Source: an uncultured Bacteroidales bacterium
GTDB taxonomy: Bacteria > Bacteroidota > Bacteroidia > Bacteroidales > ML635J-15
Direction of reading: 5' to 3'
Assembly (NCBI GenBank): GCA_937982115.1
Contig: CALJNE010000006.1
Span: 515 to 64,514, forward strand
DNA: 64,000 nucleotides
Within the stretch, counting starts at the first letter, position 1; every line of letters starts with the position of its first letter. The notes under the pieces were generated by a model that did not search any database, was not told where the DNA came from, and saw nothing but the letters and a program-made list of their open reading frames with translations. A program made the translations under genes and the position numbers. Shown in pieces: positions 9,118 to 18,828 of this stretch.

Positions 9118-10494
9118 TTACTCTTCAGATATTTCATTATCCGATTCTTCTTGATCATTTGTTGGAAGAGCTGTTCTATCAAAGAAACCAACATTAGCTA
9201 TTGACTTTCCGGCTTTAGCTCCAAGTTTTTTAAGATTTTCCAATTGACTTAAAACATTGCCTTTGCCTTCGGAAAATTTACTTTTAGCTTCCTTGAAAGT
9301 TTTTTGAGCATTATCGAGAGCGCCTTCTATTTTTCGCATGTCATCAATAAATCCAATGAATTTATCGTAAACCTTCCCTCCCACATCAGCTATTTTAAGT
9401 GCATTCTGAACCTGTTTGGTCTGTTTCCATATTGAAGCTACAGTCATTAGTGTTGCAATTAAAGTTGAAGGACTTACAATCACAATTTGGTTTTCCCAGG
9501 CCTCGTTAAAAATGTTTTTATCATTGATTACAGCCAGTGAAAAAGCTCCTTCAATTGGCATAAACATCAACATATAGTCCGGAGTTTTGCCGTTTATCTG
9601 TCCAATGTAATTTTTGTTTGATAATTCTTTTACATGTTTTTTCACCGATTCAATGTGAGCTCTCAGGGCTTCTTTCTTTTCGGATTCATCTTCGGATGAT
9701 AAATATCTTTCGTATGCTTTTAAAGAAACTTTAGAATCAATTATTATCAGCTTGTCCTCAGGTAATTTCACTATAGCATCCGGACGGTAATTTTTTGATT
9801 CTTCGCCTTTAAAAGTTTCCTGCACAGTATAATGCTCTCCTTTTATTAATCCTGATGACTCTAAAATTTTTTCCAGCACCATTTCGCCCCAGCGTCCCTG
9901 TTTTTGAGAATCTGCTTTAAGAGCATTAACAAGATTGTTAGCTTCAATCTGTAACTTACGACTTAGCTCCTGCATGTTTTTAAGTTCAGCACCTAGTTCG
10001 GTTCGCTCTTTCAATCCTTTTTCGTAAGTTTCGTAAACAATCTTTCTAAACTCTTTCAGATTTTCATTAAATGGATTTAATATATTATCAAGTTGATTTT
10101 TACTTAACTCGTTAAAAGTTTTTGTTTTTTCTTCAAAAATCTTGTTGGCTAGATTTTCAAATTCGGTAGCTAATTTTTTCTGCAATTCAAGAATTTCTTC
10201 TTTTTGAGTTTCAATTTTTTCAATTAAGGCCTTTTTTTCTACCTCCAAGCCTGAATTTGAAGAAATCAAAGTCTTGTTTTCATTATTGATTCGTTGATTT
10301 TCTTCTTTTAATTCCTTATACAGAATCTCCAACTCGTTTTTCTGTACAATCAATTTTTCTTTTTCAAGATTTAAACTGTTGTACTCTGTCTCAAGTTCAG
10401 AAAGCTTAACGGAGTTCTTAATTTTTTCTTTTAAAAACAAATATGCTATTAAAACTCCAATAGCAATGCCAATTATCAAAAATAAAATTTCCAT
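9118..10494 (-). CDS. rmuC: DNA recombination protein RmuC
   Basis: N-terminal TM and coiled coil, then QGRWGEMVLE, RPDAIVKLP, IIDSKVSL, DYMLMFMPIEG, VSPSTLIATL. Confidence 0.95.
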   Translation of the reverse strand: MEILFLIIGIAIGVLIAYLFLKEKIKNSVKLSELETEYNSLNLEKEKLIVQKNELEILYKELKEENQRINNENKTLISSNSGLEVEKKALIEKIETQKEEILELQKKLATEFENLANKIFEEKTKTFNELSKNQLDNILNPFNENLKEFRKIVYETYEKGLKERTELGAELKNMQELSRKLQIEANNLVNALKADSQKQGRWGEMVLEKILESSGLIKGEHYTVQETFKGEESKNYRPDAIVKLPEDKLIIIDSKVSLKAYERYLSSEDESEKKEALRAHIESVKKHVKELSNKNYIGQINGKTPDYMLMFMPIEGAFSLAVINDKNIFNEAWENQIVIVSPSTLIATLMTVASIWKQTKQVQNALKIADVGGKVYDKFIGFIDDMRKIEGALDNAQKTFKEAKSKFSEGKGNVLSQLENLKKLGAKAGKSIANVGFFDRTALPTNDQEESDNEISEE

Positions 10495-10666
10495 ATTTTT
10501 TTTCCAAATATACTAAAAATTTTTGAAAATTTAAAATTTATTTACTGAAAAAGTTAGAATATCTATAATAAAACATGCTTTTAAAAACTATAATTTAACA
10601 ATCTAATAAACTCATTTCTTGAACTTTAAACGAAAAATGATTCTAAAATTTGCTATCTAATTTTAA

Positions 10667-10698
10667 TTTGTATTGATTGATTTTTTTTTGTAATTTTG
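10667..10698 (+). promoter_or_regulatory. Full sigma-A-type promoter (TTTG-N20-TAATTTTG)
   Basis: TTTG at 10667-10670, a 20-nt spacer containing a T9 run, and TAATTTTG at 10691-10698, upstream of ATG 10731. Confidence 0.55.
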
Positions 10699-10730
10699 AT
10701 ACAAGTATAAAACGAAAAAATATTAGAAAA

Positions 10731-11135
10731 ATGAATCAGCAAACAAAAAAAGTAAATCGCAATCCTTTTCCTGCAGAATTCGTTAACTTACCGGTTACGA
10801 AATGTCCATATTGCGGAAGTGAACGTTTCGTTAAGTATGGAAAATACATTAACGTACCAAGATATAGATGTAAAAGTTGTAAACGTACGTTTCTTCCAAC
10901 TAGTGGCAGCAGTATTCATTACATAAATAAAAAAGAAAAGTTTTTGAGATTATTTGAATTGATTAAGGGAGGAGAGTTTTTAACAGTAAGAAAAATCTCC
11001 GAAAAATTAGAAATTAGCTTTTTAACAGCATTTGACTGGCGTAATAAAATTTTAGCTGCTCTAAAAATAGATAAAGAAAATTACAAACCAGGCAAAACTT
11101 TTAAAATAGTTGATTCTGAGACAAATTCTGTATAA
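10731..11135 (+). CDS. Transposase-like Zn-ribbon plus HTH protein (IS1595/IS1 InsA-like N-terminal module, no DDE domain)
   Basis: CPYCGS...KYGK...RYRCKSCKRTF Zn ribbon, then TVRKISEKLEISFLTAFDWRNKIL HTH. Stops at 11135 with no catalytic domain or second ORF downstream. Confidence 0.75.
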   Translation: MNQQTKKVNRNPFPAEFVNLPVTKCPYCGSERFVKYGKYINVPRYRCKSCKRTFLPTSGSSIHYINKKEKFLRLFELIKGGEFLTVRKISEKLEISFLTAFDWRNKILAALKIDKENYKPGKTFKIVDSETNSV

Positions 11136-11176
11136 AAAAATAAATAATTTGTTTTAAGAAAATATTTAAATATTAA

Positions 11177-11224
11177 CGGTGAGTTCGACTACGTTTACTA
11201 ACCGAAGACGACTACGCTCCACCG
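11177..11224. repeat. REP-like hairpin plus a degenerate second copy
   Basis: CGGTGAGT-TCGACTACGTTT-ACTAACCG (11177-11204; 8-bp stem, 1 mismatch), then CGACTACGCTCCACCG (11209-11224). Same core as the hairpin at 22526-22553. Confidence 0.65.
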
Positions 11225-11275
11225 TGCATTTATTCTTCTATTTTAGAGCTTCTATACCCACTATTAAAGCTAAAA

Positions 11276-13399
11276 TTACAATCTAACTCTAATTCCCGGT
11301 CCAAGCAGAATAAACCACTTATCTGACGACAGTAAATATCCTCCGCCGAGATATAAGGGGAAAGTCATTTTTGATTCTTTTGTTGTTGGATAAAGACTCC
11401 CGATAATAACTACGCCCATGTCTCTTAGAGCATTGTTATCAGCAAAATTAAGAGCATTTATTGCAATGAATCCTGCTCCAATTTTATATGGACGAAAACG
11501 ATTTATTTTTTCTTTTTGATAGAAACTAAATTGAGCAATCATCGCAAGACTAATCCCTCCTAAATCACCATATCCGGGGTCTCCTATTTTTTTAGTAATT
11601 AAACCGGCAGGAAAAGATACGTCTATATCAAAACGAGCAGATTTCTGAACAATAATATCAACTGTTTTTATATCGCTCCTGCTCAGAGAAGTCGCTTTTG
11701 ACGGTTTAAAAGTAATCTGAATTCTCACCCAACTATCAAGATCAAAGGTTTTTCGATTAAGATATTGATTTAAAAGTATAACTGTATTTGAATTTTTTCT
11801 ATTATAAAATTGGTATCTCGGGGATGATGTTCCGGGACTTACCAAAACAGAATTAAGGTTCAACACCTCCAGCACTTCTCCCCTGCTGCCTGTAATTTTT
11901 ACCTCAATGTCAAGATACTGATTTCCATAAAGTTCATTATTTGAATCTATTTTATTAACATCAAAAGATATTACAATATCTTTTATTGTTTTTGGGGTGA
12001 ATGCCGGACCAGTATAACTAAATAATTCTTTTGGACCTTCACCGTAATCAATGTAAATATAATCAAAAGCTCTAATTCTTTCGTATTCAACCAAATTAAA
12101 CATCAATCCCGTAGGTTGATTATTTACCAAAACATTAAGGTTTCTTCTTTTGATATCAACAGGAACAACAGCTCTAAATTCTATTACTTCGTTACTGCTG
12201 AATAATGTATCAGCTTTAATAATTTGTAAATCTTCTATGCTGATTTTAGACCTCAAAAGGGATTGACCTTCAAAACGAATTAAAACATCTTCGCCCGGAT
12301 ATAAAGATGTGGAATTAAGCCAGTTTGATCCGTCTCGCATAATTCGGACTGATTGTATTTTTGTAAGTGGTATTATTGAAAAATTAGTAATAAACTTAGG
12401 TTCATCTCCGTCTTTTATATACATCAAACCATCAGTTTGGTTATGATAATTATATGTTCTTACAACTGCTAAAACTTTGTTATTTGCCAATCTAGATTTT
12501 GTAAAAAGTTCGGCGATCAAAACTCCGCCGGGTGCTTCTGAATTTTCAATTCTATAAGTTTTTTGGAGTTGAAGATTTCTATTATAATCTATTTGAATTT
12601 CCACACCTTCGGATCTATTCTTTTCATCAATGCTGATTTCTTTTATATCTGTTGATAGAAACGCCAGACGGCTGGTTTTTACATTAATATCCAATTTCAA
12701 AGGTCCGTATTTGTAAATTAAATTCCCGTTCTCGTCCATAATTGGCTTTTTTAATTCGAGATAAATAGGGATGGAATATTGTCCGGATTGAGTTGCCAAA
12801 AGATTTATGATAATTTCACTGGTTTTAGATTTTATCATTCGGTAATGAACCGGAAATTCTTTATTCCATGAAGGATTAATTATTATATTTTCGGGCAAAC
12901 TGGAATATATTTCTACAAGAAATTCTTCACCGGTAAAAAGTTCTTCCGGTGTTTTTACAAAACCACAATCCATCACGGCAACAGGAAGCAGTTTTATCTC
13001 AAAAACACTGCTTTTGCCATTCTGCTCAGCAATCCCGTATTTAAAGCTTAATTTCGGATTATCGAGTATATTTTTAAATTTGATTTTTGTCTCGTAATGG
13101 TCTTGAATAAAAAATATAGAATCTGTGAATTCATAGTCAGCGCTTGAATAAAAAACAAATTCTTTATCATAATATTTCTGTGCCGGATATATTTTTATCA
13201 GAAATTCTTCTGTTTGATAAGTAAAATTGAAATAAAAATAGTCTTCACCATCAACTTTGATTTTGTTATTATGATTATTATAAGTGCCTGCAAGATTTGT
13301 TAGTTCAACTAATCTAAAATGCGAATTTGACTGTGCGAACAAATTCCAAGAATTAAAGATACTTGTTAGTATTATAAAATATCTAAAAAATTTCTTCAT
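11276..13399 (-). CDS. Hypothetical exported protein, beta-rich, probable C-terminal outer-membrane beta-barrel
   Basis: 707 aa with a Sec signal peptide (..NLFA-QS). The last ~120 aa are Gly/aromatic amphipathic strands ending GPGIRVRL. Confidence 0.7.
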   Translation of the reverse strand: MKKFFRYFIILTSIFNSWNLFAQSNSHFRLVELTNLAGTYNNHNNKIKVDGEDYFYFNFTYQTEEFLIKIYPAQKYYDKEFVFYSSADYEFTDSIFFIQDHYETKIKFKNILDNPKLSFKYGIAEQNGKSSVFEIKLLPVAVMDCGFVKTPEELFTGEEFLVEIYSSLPENIIINPSWNKEFPVHYRMIKSKTSEIIINLLATQSGQYSIPIYLELKKPIMDENGNLIYKYGPLKLDINVKTSRLAFLSTDIKEISIDEKNRSEGVEIQIDYNRNLQLQKTYRIENSEAPGGVLIAELFTKSRLANNKVLAVVRTYNYHNQTDGLMYIKDGDEPKFITNFSIIPLTKIQSVRIMRDGSNWLNSTSLYPGEDVLIRFEGQSLLRSKISIEDLQIIKADTLFSSNEVIEFRAVVPVDIKRRNLNVLVNNQPTGLMFNLVEYERIRAFDYIYIDYGEGPKELFSYTGPAFTPKTIKDIVISFDVNKIDSNNELYGNQYLDIEVKITGSRGEVLEVLNLNSVLVSPGTSSPRYQFYNRKNSNTVILLNQYLNRKTFDLDSWVRIQITFKPSKATSLSRSDIKTVDIIVQKSARFDIDVSFPAGLITKKIGDPGYGDLGGISLAMIAQFSFYQKEKINRFRPYKIGAGFIAINALNFADNNALRDMGVVIIGSLYPTTKESKMTFPLYLGGGYLLSSDKWFILLGPGIRVRL

Positions 13400-13417
13400 A
13401 TTTTTTCTTGCAAAAAT

Positions 13418-13447
13418 AAAAAAGGAGGAGCAATTGCCCCTCCTTTT
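13418..13447 (-). terminator. Intrinsic terminator of the T9SS cargo gene
   Basis: Minus strand AAAAGGAGGGGC-AATT-GCTCCTCCTTTTTT: GC-rich stem with a U tract, about 20 bp after the stop. Abuts a TATTTTTG -7 box (13411-13418) for the next gene. Confidence 0.85.
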
Positions 13448-13466
13448 AACAATTTTTTAATCAGAA

Positions 13467-15773
13467 TTATTTAATTACATTGAGTTTGAATACTTCACCA
13501 TTAACTTTAACGAAATAAGTTCCATTAGTTAAGTTGTTGATATCAATTTGTTGATTAGCAGAAGCATTGTTTACTTTTGCAACAACAGAACCTAACATAT
13601 TGATGATTTCGATATTAGCACCTTCAGCATTAACAACTGTAATGAAATCATTTGCAGGGTTTGGATATACGCTAATTGCAGCAGCATTTACCAATTCGCT
13701 TGAAACTACAATATCAATAGCAAAATTATCAACAAATAAATACCACATATCAGCATCTGAATAAACTTTAATACCAAAGTAGTAAGTACCTGATGCAGAT
13801 GGAGTAAAATTAGCATTAGCAGTTTGATAAGAAGTGTTTGTCAAAGTACCTAAATCAACAATTAAATTCATTGCAGCAGGTTCTTGAGCATTACCATAAT
13901 AAATAGCCATTTTTTCAGGAAAAGAAGCTGATTGAACTTTATAATCGAGGCTAACTCTGTAAGCCTGACCACCTGTTAAATCAATACAAGTTGAGAACAA
14001 CCAATCATTTGCACTATTATTCATATCATAAGCATAGGCTAATGCATTAGAATTACCAACACCATAACCTATAGCATACACCCAAGAATTATCATCCATG
14101 TTAGCATCATAAACTGCCCAGCCAAGTAAACTTTCCTGAGTATCAAAATTTGATGAATATGGTACATTAGAAGATTGTAAATTAACTGTAGTAAAATCTA
14201 AAGAGTTATTAGATGCAATTTCATCATTGGCAACATTAACAGTAGCTGTTATTTCGTATATACCATCAGCAGCCATGTTTATTGGCGTAGAAAATGTAAA
14301 TTCAACAACTTCACCGGGGTTAACTGTTCCTGCATGGTTTTCAGTAACAGCAGCACCTCCATTAACAGTGTAAGATACTGTGAAATTAGAGAATGCATTT
14401 AAACCATTGTTTTTAATGTAAACAGTTAAAATTTCATCACCCATTTCACAAGCAGGATAAATCGGTACAATATCATATAATTCAGCATCAATAGCTGCAC
14501 AACCTGAACCTAAATTATCAGCAACTAATTGAGGACCTGTAAAAGAACCGGGAATTGTGCTTCCTGCAACAACTGTACTGTTATAACTGATTGTAACCCA
14601 TGCAGGATCCTCCATACCGTCGGAGTCAGAAACAATAACTTTGTAACACAATGCATCAATAACACAAACTTCTTCGTGAACTGTAACATTCCACTGCCAT
14701 CCAACAGTTCTTTCTGCAATAACTTCATCTGTTAATTTATTAATAACCTGCCATGATTGTCCACCCATGTTATCAGTAAAAGCATCAATAGCAATAACTG
14801 CATCTCCACTGATAATATTAAGTTCAGCATTATCGTTATTTGGATTTGAATCTCCTGTTAAATTAATAGATGCTTCAATTGTGTAGAAATCTAAAGCTGA
14901 CATGTCAACAGTAGTACTAAATGTATAATCATAAATAGCAGCAGGTGTAATAGTAGCAGTAACAGTTTCAACTACAGGAGCACCCCCGTTTACTGAATAA
15001 GAAACCTCAAAACCAGAAATATCAGAACCACCATTATTTTGAATTCTAACAGTAATTCCTTGTGTAGATGATAATTGGCAACCACTCAAATGATTTGGTT
15101 CGATGATATCCACAATTGCAGCATCAGTAGTTTCATTTGTATAAACAGTAACATCATCTAGTTTGAAATAGAACATATCAGTACATTCAGTGTGAATAAA
15201 AGCAATGTAAACATTTTGTCCTGCATAATCTGATAAGTTATGAGATCTTTCTTTCCATCCACCCGAAGTTAAAGTTTCTGAATGAATAATTGTAAAACTT
15301 GAAGGATTGGTGTTAGTTGTTGAAATAGCCACTTTATATCTTTCTAGTGGCCATGAAGGATCTTGAGCACCAATCCAATAATTCAGCATTATTGTACCAC
15401 TTGCCGGAAGAGTAATTTGAGGAGTAATAATCCAATTATTTGGATTTAATGCTCCTATACCTGAGGTCCATGAGGCAGAAGCTACACATTTTGTTCCCGA
15501 ATGAGCTGCTCCAGTTGCAGTATAAATAAACCAATTTTGTCCATCACCGTCTTGGTCCAGTGTTGTCCATCCGTTTTCAGGCATGTTGGTCCATTCAAAC
15601 GCCTCAGAAAAAATTGTAGCCATTGTTCCTCTTTCAACTGCCGGAGAAACAGTCATTTCGCTAAGAGAAGGCTTTGAAACTCTTCCCATAACTTCGTCTT
15701 TCTTACTTGCATATTGAGAAAATGCAAATACTGAAACGAGCATTAAACTAAATAAAACATAAACTTTTTTCAT
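13467..15773 (-). CDS. T9SS type A cargo: cleaved-adhesin (choice-of-anchor J)-like domains plus CARDB/Ig-like domains
   Basis: Signal peptide; WTTLDQDGDGQNW..NNWIITP..YIAFIH..LDDV and WAVYDANMDDNSW..NDWLFS..VDNF adhesin-like domains; two 'NNG..VSYxVNGGA' Ig-like domains; CTD VYPNPA..IINMLG..GTYFVKV..KLNVIK. Confidence 0.88.
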   Translation of the reverse strand: MKKVYVLFSLMLVSVFAFSQYASKKDEVMGRVSKPSLSEMTVSPAVERGTMATIFSEAFEWTNMPENGWTTLDQDGDGQNWFIYTATGAAHSGTKCVASASWTSGIGALNPNNWIITPQITLPASGTIMLNYWIGAQDPSWPLERYKVAISTTNTNPSSFTIIHSETLTSGGWKERSHNLSDYAGQNVYIAFIHTECTDMFYFKLDDVTVYTNETTDAAIVDIIEPNHLSGCQLSSTQGITVRIQNNGGSDISGFEVSYSVNGGAPVVETVTATITPAAIYDYTFSTTVDMSALDFYTIEASINLTGDSNPNNDNAELNIISGDAVIAIDAFTDNMGGQSWQVINKLTDEVIAERTVGWQWNVTVHEEVCVIDALCYKVIVSDSDGMEDPAWVTISYNSTVVAGSTIPGSFTGPQLVADNLGSGCAAIDAELYDIVPIYPACEMGDEILTVYIKNNGLNAFSNFTVSYTVNGGAAVTENHAGTVNPGEVVEFTFSTPINMAADGIYEITATVNVANDEIASNNSLDFTTVNLQSSNVPYSSNFDTQESLLGWAVYDANMDDNSWVYAIGYGVGNSNALAYAYDMNNSANDWLFSTCIDLTGGQAYRVSLDYKVQSASFPEKMAIYYGNAQEPAAMNLIVDLGTLTNTSYQTANANFTPSASGTYYFGIKVYSDADMWYLFVDNFAIDIVVSSELVNAAAISVYPNPANDFITVVNAEGANIEIINMLGSVVAKVNNASANQQIDINNLTNGTYFVKVNGEVFKLNVIK

Positions 15774-15807
15774 AATACACTAATTTTAGTTAAACAATTT
15801 TAAAGGA

Positions 15808-15815
15808 CAAATATA
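15808..15815 (-). promoter_or_regulatory. -7 box (TATATTTG) for the T9SS cargo gene
   Basis: TAnnTTTG match about 35 bp upstream of ATG 15773. Confidence 0.5.
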
Positions 15816-16012
15816 CACTTTTTATTAAAACAATTTTCGTTTAATAAACATTTTTTGAATATTTTATTAACATTTTTTTTCTCATAACTATTTTGCTATT
15901 TAAAACTAAAATATATCATACAAAAAAAATTAGGCAACATCTAAGAAAATTTGATTGTTTCGGATTAACATCAGGATTAAAACACGGAGTTGTGTTGAAA
16001 TCATAATCTTCT

Positions 16013-18700
16013 TTAGATTTTTTCAGTTTTCAATAAAACCCAAATAGCTAAAAACATTGTTAATACATAAAAGAACATAACGGCAAAATTATAATAAAAT
16101 GTGTCAACAATCCTATTACCAAAACGTTTATATCCATTTAAAAAGACTCGGTTATCTATAAACTTAACATCTTTATGAAAAATTCGGGGAAAATTTTCAA
16201 GGTTTGTATCATCAATAGTTTCATAATTTCTTATGATCCTGTTTATTCCAATATTTGAATATCTTTTTCGTACCTGATCTATATTATTGTATTTTCGAAA
16301 TTCTAAATCTTTTAAATTAATAAGTACATCATTTTCTTTTTGCAAGGAATCAGGTAAAGCTGTATCAAACTTATCTTTTTCCAGAATTATTGCCATTTTT
16401 TTAGGATTATTATCTGCTGAATAAAAACTATTAATTTTAAAATTGTTAAGTTTTATTTGACTTTCATAAGGAATAACTATTTTCCCGTAAGGATTATTCA
16501 TGTAGAAATCAGCAGTTACAGCCTCAAGACTCCATCTTAAAGGAATAAAGTCAGCAATATACGGGACATTTGGAGAATTTCCAGACGAGAATAAATTCAG
16601 TTTATCGTATCTCACTAATGCTCCGGATAAAATTATTTGCGGCAATATTACTACTGGTATTAATACAAAAGCCACAACCAGATTTTTCGATAATTTTGAA
16701 ATTAAAATTCCGGCTAAGGTTCCCCAAAACATCAAAATCCATATCCAAAAGAAAAGTTTCATTCCATAAAAGTCGCAATTCATTATAACTATTCCGGGAA
16801 ATACTAAAACCAATGACAATATAAAACTTATCAAAAAATACTTTATAAGTAGAGTTATTGCCTCAGCATTGTGGAACTTAAAGATTCTGCTTAAAAACCT
16901 ACGGTACTCATAAATATAAAATCCTTCGTGGACGCTTATCATCATCCCTATAAAAACAGCTGTCAGCTGCATCACAAAAATCCAAACAGGAAAATTATCA
17001 TTATAATAAAATTTCTTTGGCGAACTCAACAGACCCGAAAATAATATCCCGCAAAACATAAATGTGAAAAATAGTGCAAAAGATCGTTTATAATTCTTAA
17101 AATCAGATTTAAAATAAAGTTTTACAAAATTTTTCAGAGTGCCCAAAAAGTTTTGCTCGTAAAATGTTTTTATTGTTTTAAAGAGATTATTATTATCGCT
17201 TTTATTGTTGTTCTGAAACTTGTGATACCATTCTGCGGGAGAGAATTTTCGTTGACTATGTTGATTGTCGGAATAATTTTTGATTTCCACTAATTTAAAA
17301 ATCACTGACGGGTCTTTACAAACTTCAGGAACTGTAGATATAGAAATGTTATCTGTCTGATTTCGAAAATATTCAAAACATTCGGCAGGTTTTCCGTAAA
17401 AAATACAATAACCGTCTTCGTCAATAAACAGTATTTTATCAAAAGCTAAAAACACATTATAATCCGGTTGATGCAAACTGCAAAAAATAACTCTGGAACT
17501 GTCAGTCAACATCCTTAAAAGTTTTGTCATTTCTAATGCGTCTGCAGAAGATAAACCGCTCAAAGGTTCGTCGAGCAACAAAATATCGGGATTAGTAACA
17601 AGAGCATTTGCAATTGAAAGCCTTTTTAATTCGCCTCCTGATAGATTCAGCGGTTTATTGAAAAATTTAACAGCAATAGATTCTTTTTTTTGACTAATCC
17701 CAACAAGATTTAACAATTCCTCAGCATTCAGAGAATTATCAAAAAACCTTGCAGTTGTGGAAACATTTTCATAAACAGAATAATAAGGAATAAACCCGGG
17801 ATTCTGATCTACCAAAACTGTTTTTACAGGACCACTGTTAATATTTGTAGATTCAAGTATCTCGCCCGAAATACTTTTATTTTTGCCATATTCAGCAACA
17901 GCTTTCAAAAAAGTGCTTTTCCCACTTCCACTCCTACCCATCACAGCAATCAATTCCCCCGAAAAAAATTCAATGCTTACCGGATTTAAAATATATTTAT
18001 TCTTCACCTTATACGACAATTCCCTTAATTTAAATTTTCTCACCTGTTCATTACTCCCAGAAAAATTTTTCATAAAATCATTAAGAACAATAGGATAATT
18101 ATCATAGTAAATAACAGATTCCGCATCAAAAATAATTATTTCTCCTTTTTCAATTTTTCTGTGATTAAAAGAACTGTTTTCCTCCAAAATCTTTATTAAA
18201 ACCAAATTATTTTCTAATTCAATAAAATAAAGAAGCAGGTTATTTTTAAAATTAAATGTTTTATAATTTAAACTGTCAAAATTATTTATCCCCAGAAACA
18301 AAAGTTCAAGTTTATCATTTTTAAAACCAATGCTCTCGCTTATTAACCTGATATATTCGTAAGATTGTTCATAAACTAAACATTTCTTGCTCAATTCAAT
18401 AAGATGAAACATTAACACATACTTATCTTTTATTTGCAAATCAGAACCTATTTGATTGCAAATGCTGATAATTTTTAAGGAGTTCAAAGAACGTTTTTTA
18501 AACTTTCCGGTTTCGTTTTCGGAATATTTGTTAATTTCGTCGAGAAAAAAGTTCAAATATTTTTCCTGATATTTTTTATCAATATTTTGCAAAAATTTTG
18601 ACACAACAGATTGAATATATGACAAATTTTCAGGTAAAACTTTTACCACAGTTATGGCAAAAATCTTTAATAAATTTCTTAAAATTTTGTGTGTTATCAT
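16013..18700 (-). CDS. Fused ABC exporter, NBD before TMD (ABCG/White-like), with N-terminal TerB-like helical domain
   Basis: GRSGSGKST Walker A, LSGGELKRLSIA signature, ILLLDEPLSGL Walker B, CSLHQP H-loop, six TM segments with PVVILPQIILSG (ABC2-type). The TerB-like call for the first ~130 aa is by resemblance only. Confidence 0.8.
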   Translation of the reverse strand: MITHKILRNLLKIFAITVVKVLPENLSYIQSVVSKFLQNIDKKYQEKYLNFFLDEINKYSENETGKFKKRSLNSLKIISICNQIGSDLQIKDKYVLMFHLIELSKKCLVYEQSYEYIRLISESIGFKNDKLELLFLGINNFDSLNYKTFNFKNNLLLYFIELENNLVLIKILEENSSFNHRKIEKGEIIIFDAESVIYYDNYPIVLNDFMKNFSGSNEQVRKFKLRELSYKVKNKYILNPVSIEFFSGELIAVMGRSGSGKSTFLKAVAEYGKNKSISGEILESTNINSGPVKTVLVDQNPGFIPYYSVYENVSTTARFFDNSLNAEELLNLVGISQKKESIAVKFFNKPLNLSGGELKRLSIANALVTNPDILLLDEPLSGLSSADALEMTKLLRMLTDSSRVIFCSLHQPDYNVFLAFDKILFIDEDGYCIFYGKPAECFEYFRNQTDNISISTVPEVCKDPSVIFKLVEIKNYSDNQHSQRKFSPAEWYHKFQNNNKSDNNNLFKTIKTFYEQNFLGTLKNFVKLYFKSDFKNYKRSFALFFTFMFCGILFSGLLSSPKKFYYNDNFPVWIFVMQLTAVFIGMMISVHEGFYIYEYRRFLSRIFKFHNAEAITLLIKYFLISFILSLVLVFPGIVIMNCDFYGMKLFFWIWILMFWGTLAGILISKLSKNLVVAFVLIPVVILPQIILSGALVRYDKLNLFSSGNSPNVPYIADFIPLRWSLEAVTADFYMNNPYGKIVIPYESQIKLNNFKINSFYSADNNPKKMAIILEKDKFDTALPDSLQKENDVLINLKDLEFRKYNNIDQVRKRYSNIGINRIIRNYETIDDTNLENFPRIFHKDVKFIDNRVFLNGYKRFGNRIVDTFYYNFAVMFFYVLTMFLAIWVLLKTEKI

Positions 18701-18828
18701 ATTAGCTGATATTTTAGCATTTAGATTAACTTTTTTTTAAGAAAGAAAAACAATATAAAATTAGTATTTCTGTTAAAATTGCAAAGTTTTTGAGTGGAAA
18801 AAACATTGTTTGGATAAAAAAAACATTT

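Noticed and set aside
10500-11270. Intact IS1595/IS1 element
   Set aside because: No DDE catalytic ORF in any frame I could read downstream, and no terminal inverted repeats or target duplication seen.
15790-15880. Repeated AAACA(A/T)TTTT words upstream of the T9SS cargo gene as LytTR-type direct repeats
   Set aside because: Low-complexity A/T words with inconsistent spacing; not distinguishable from background by eye.
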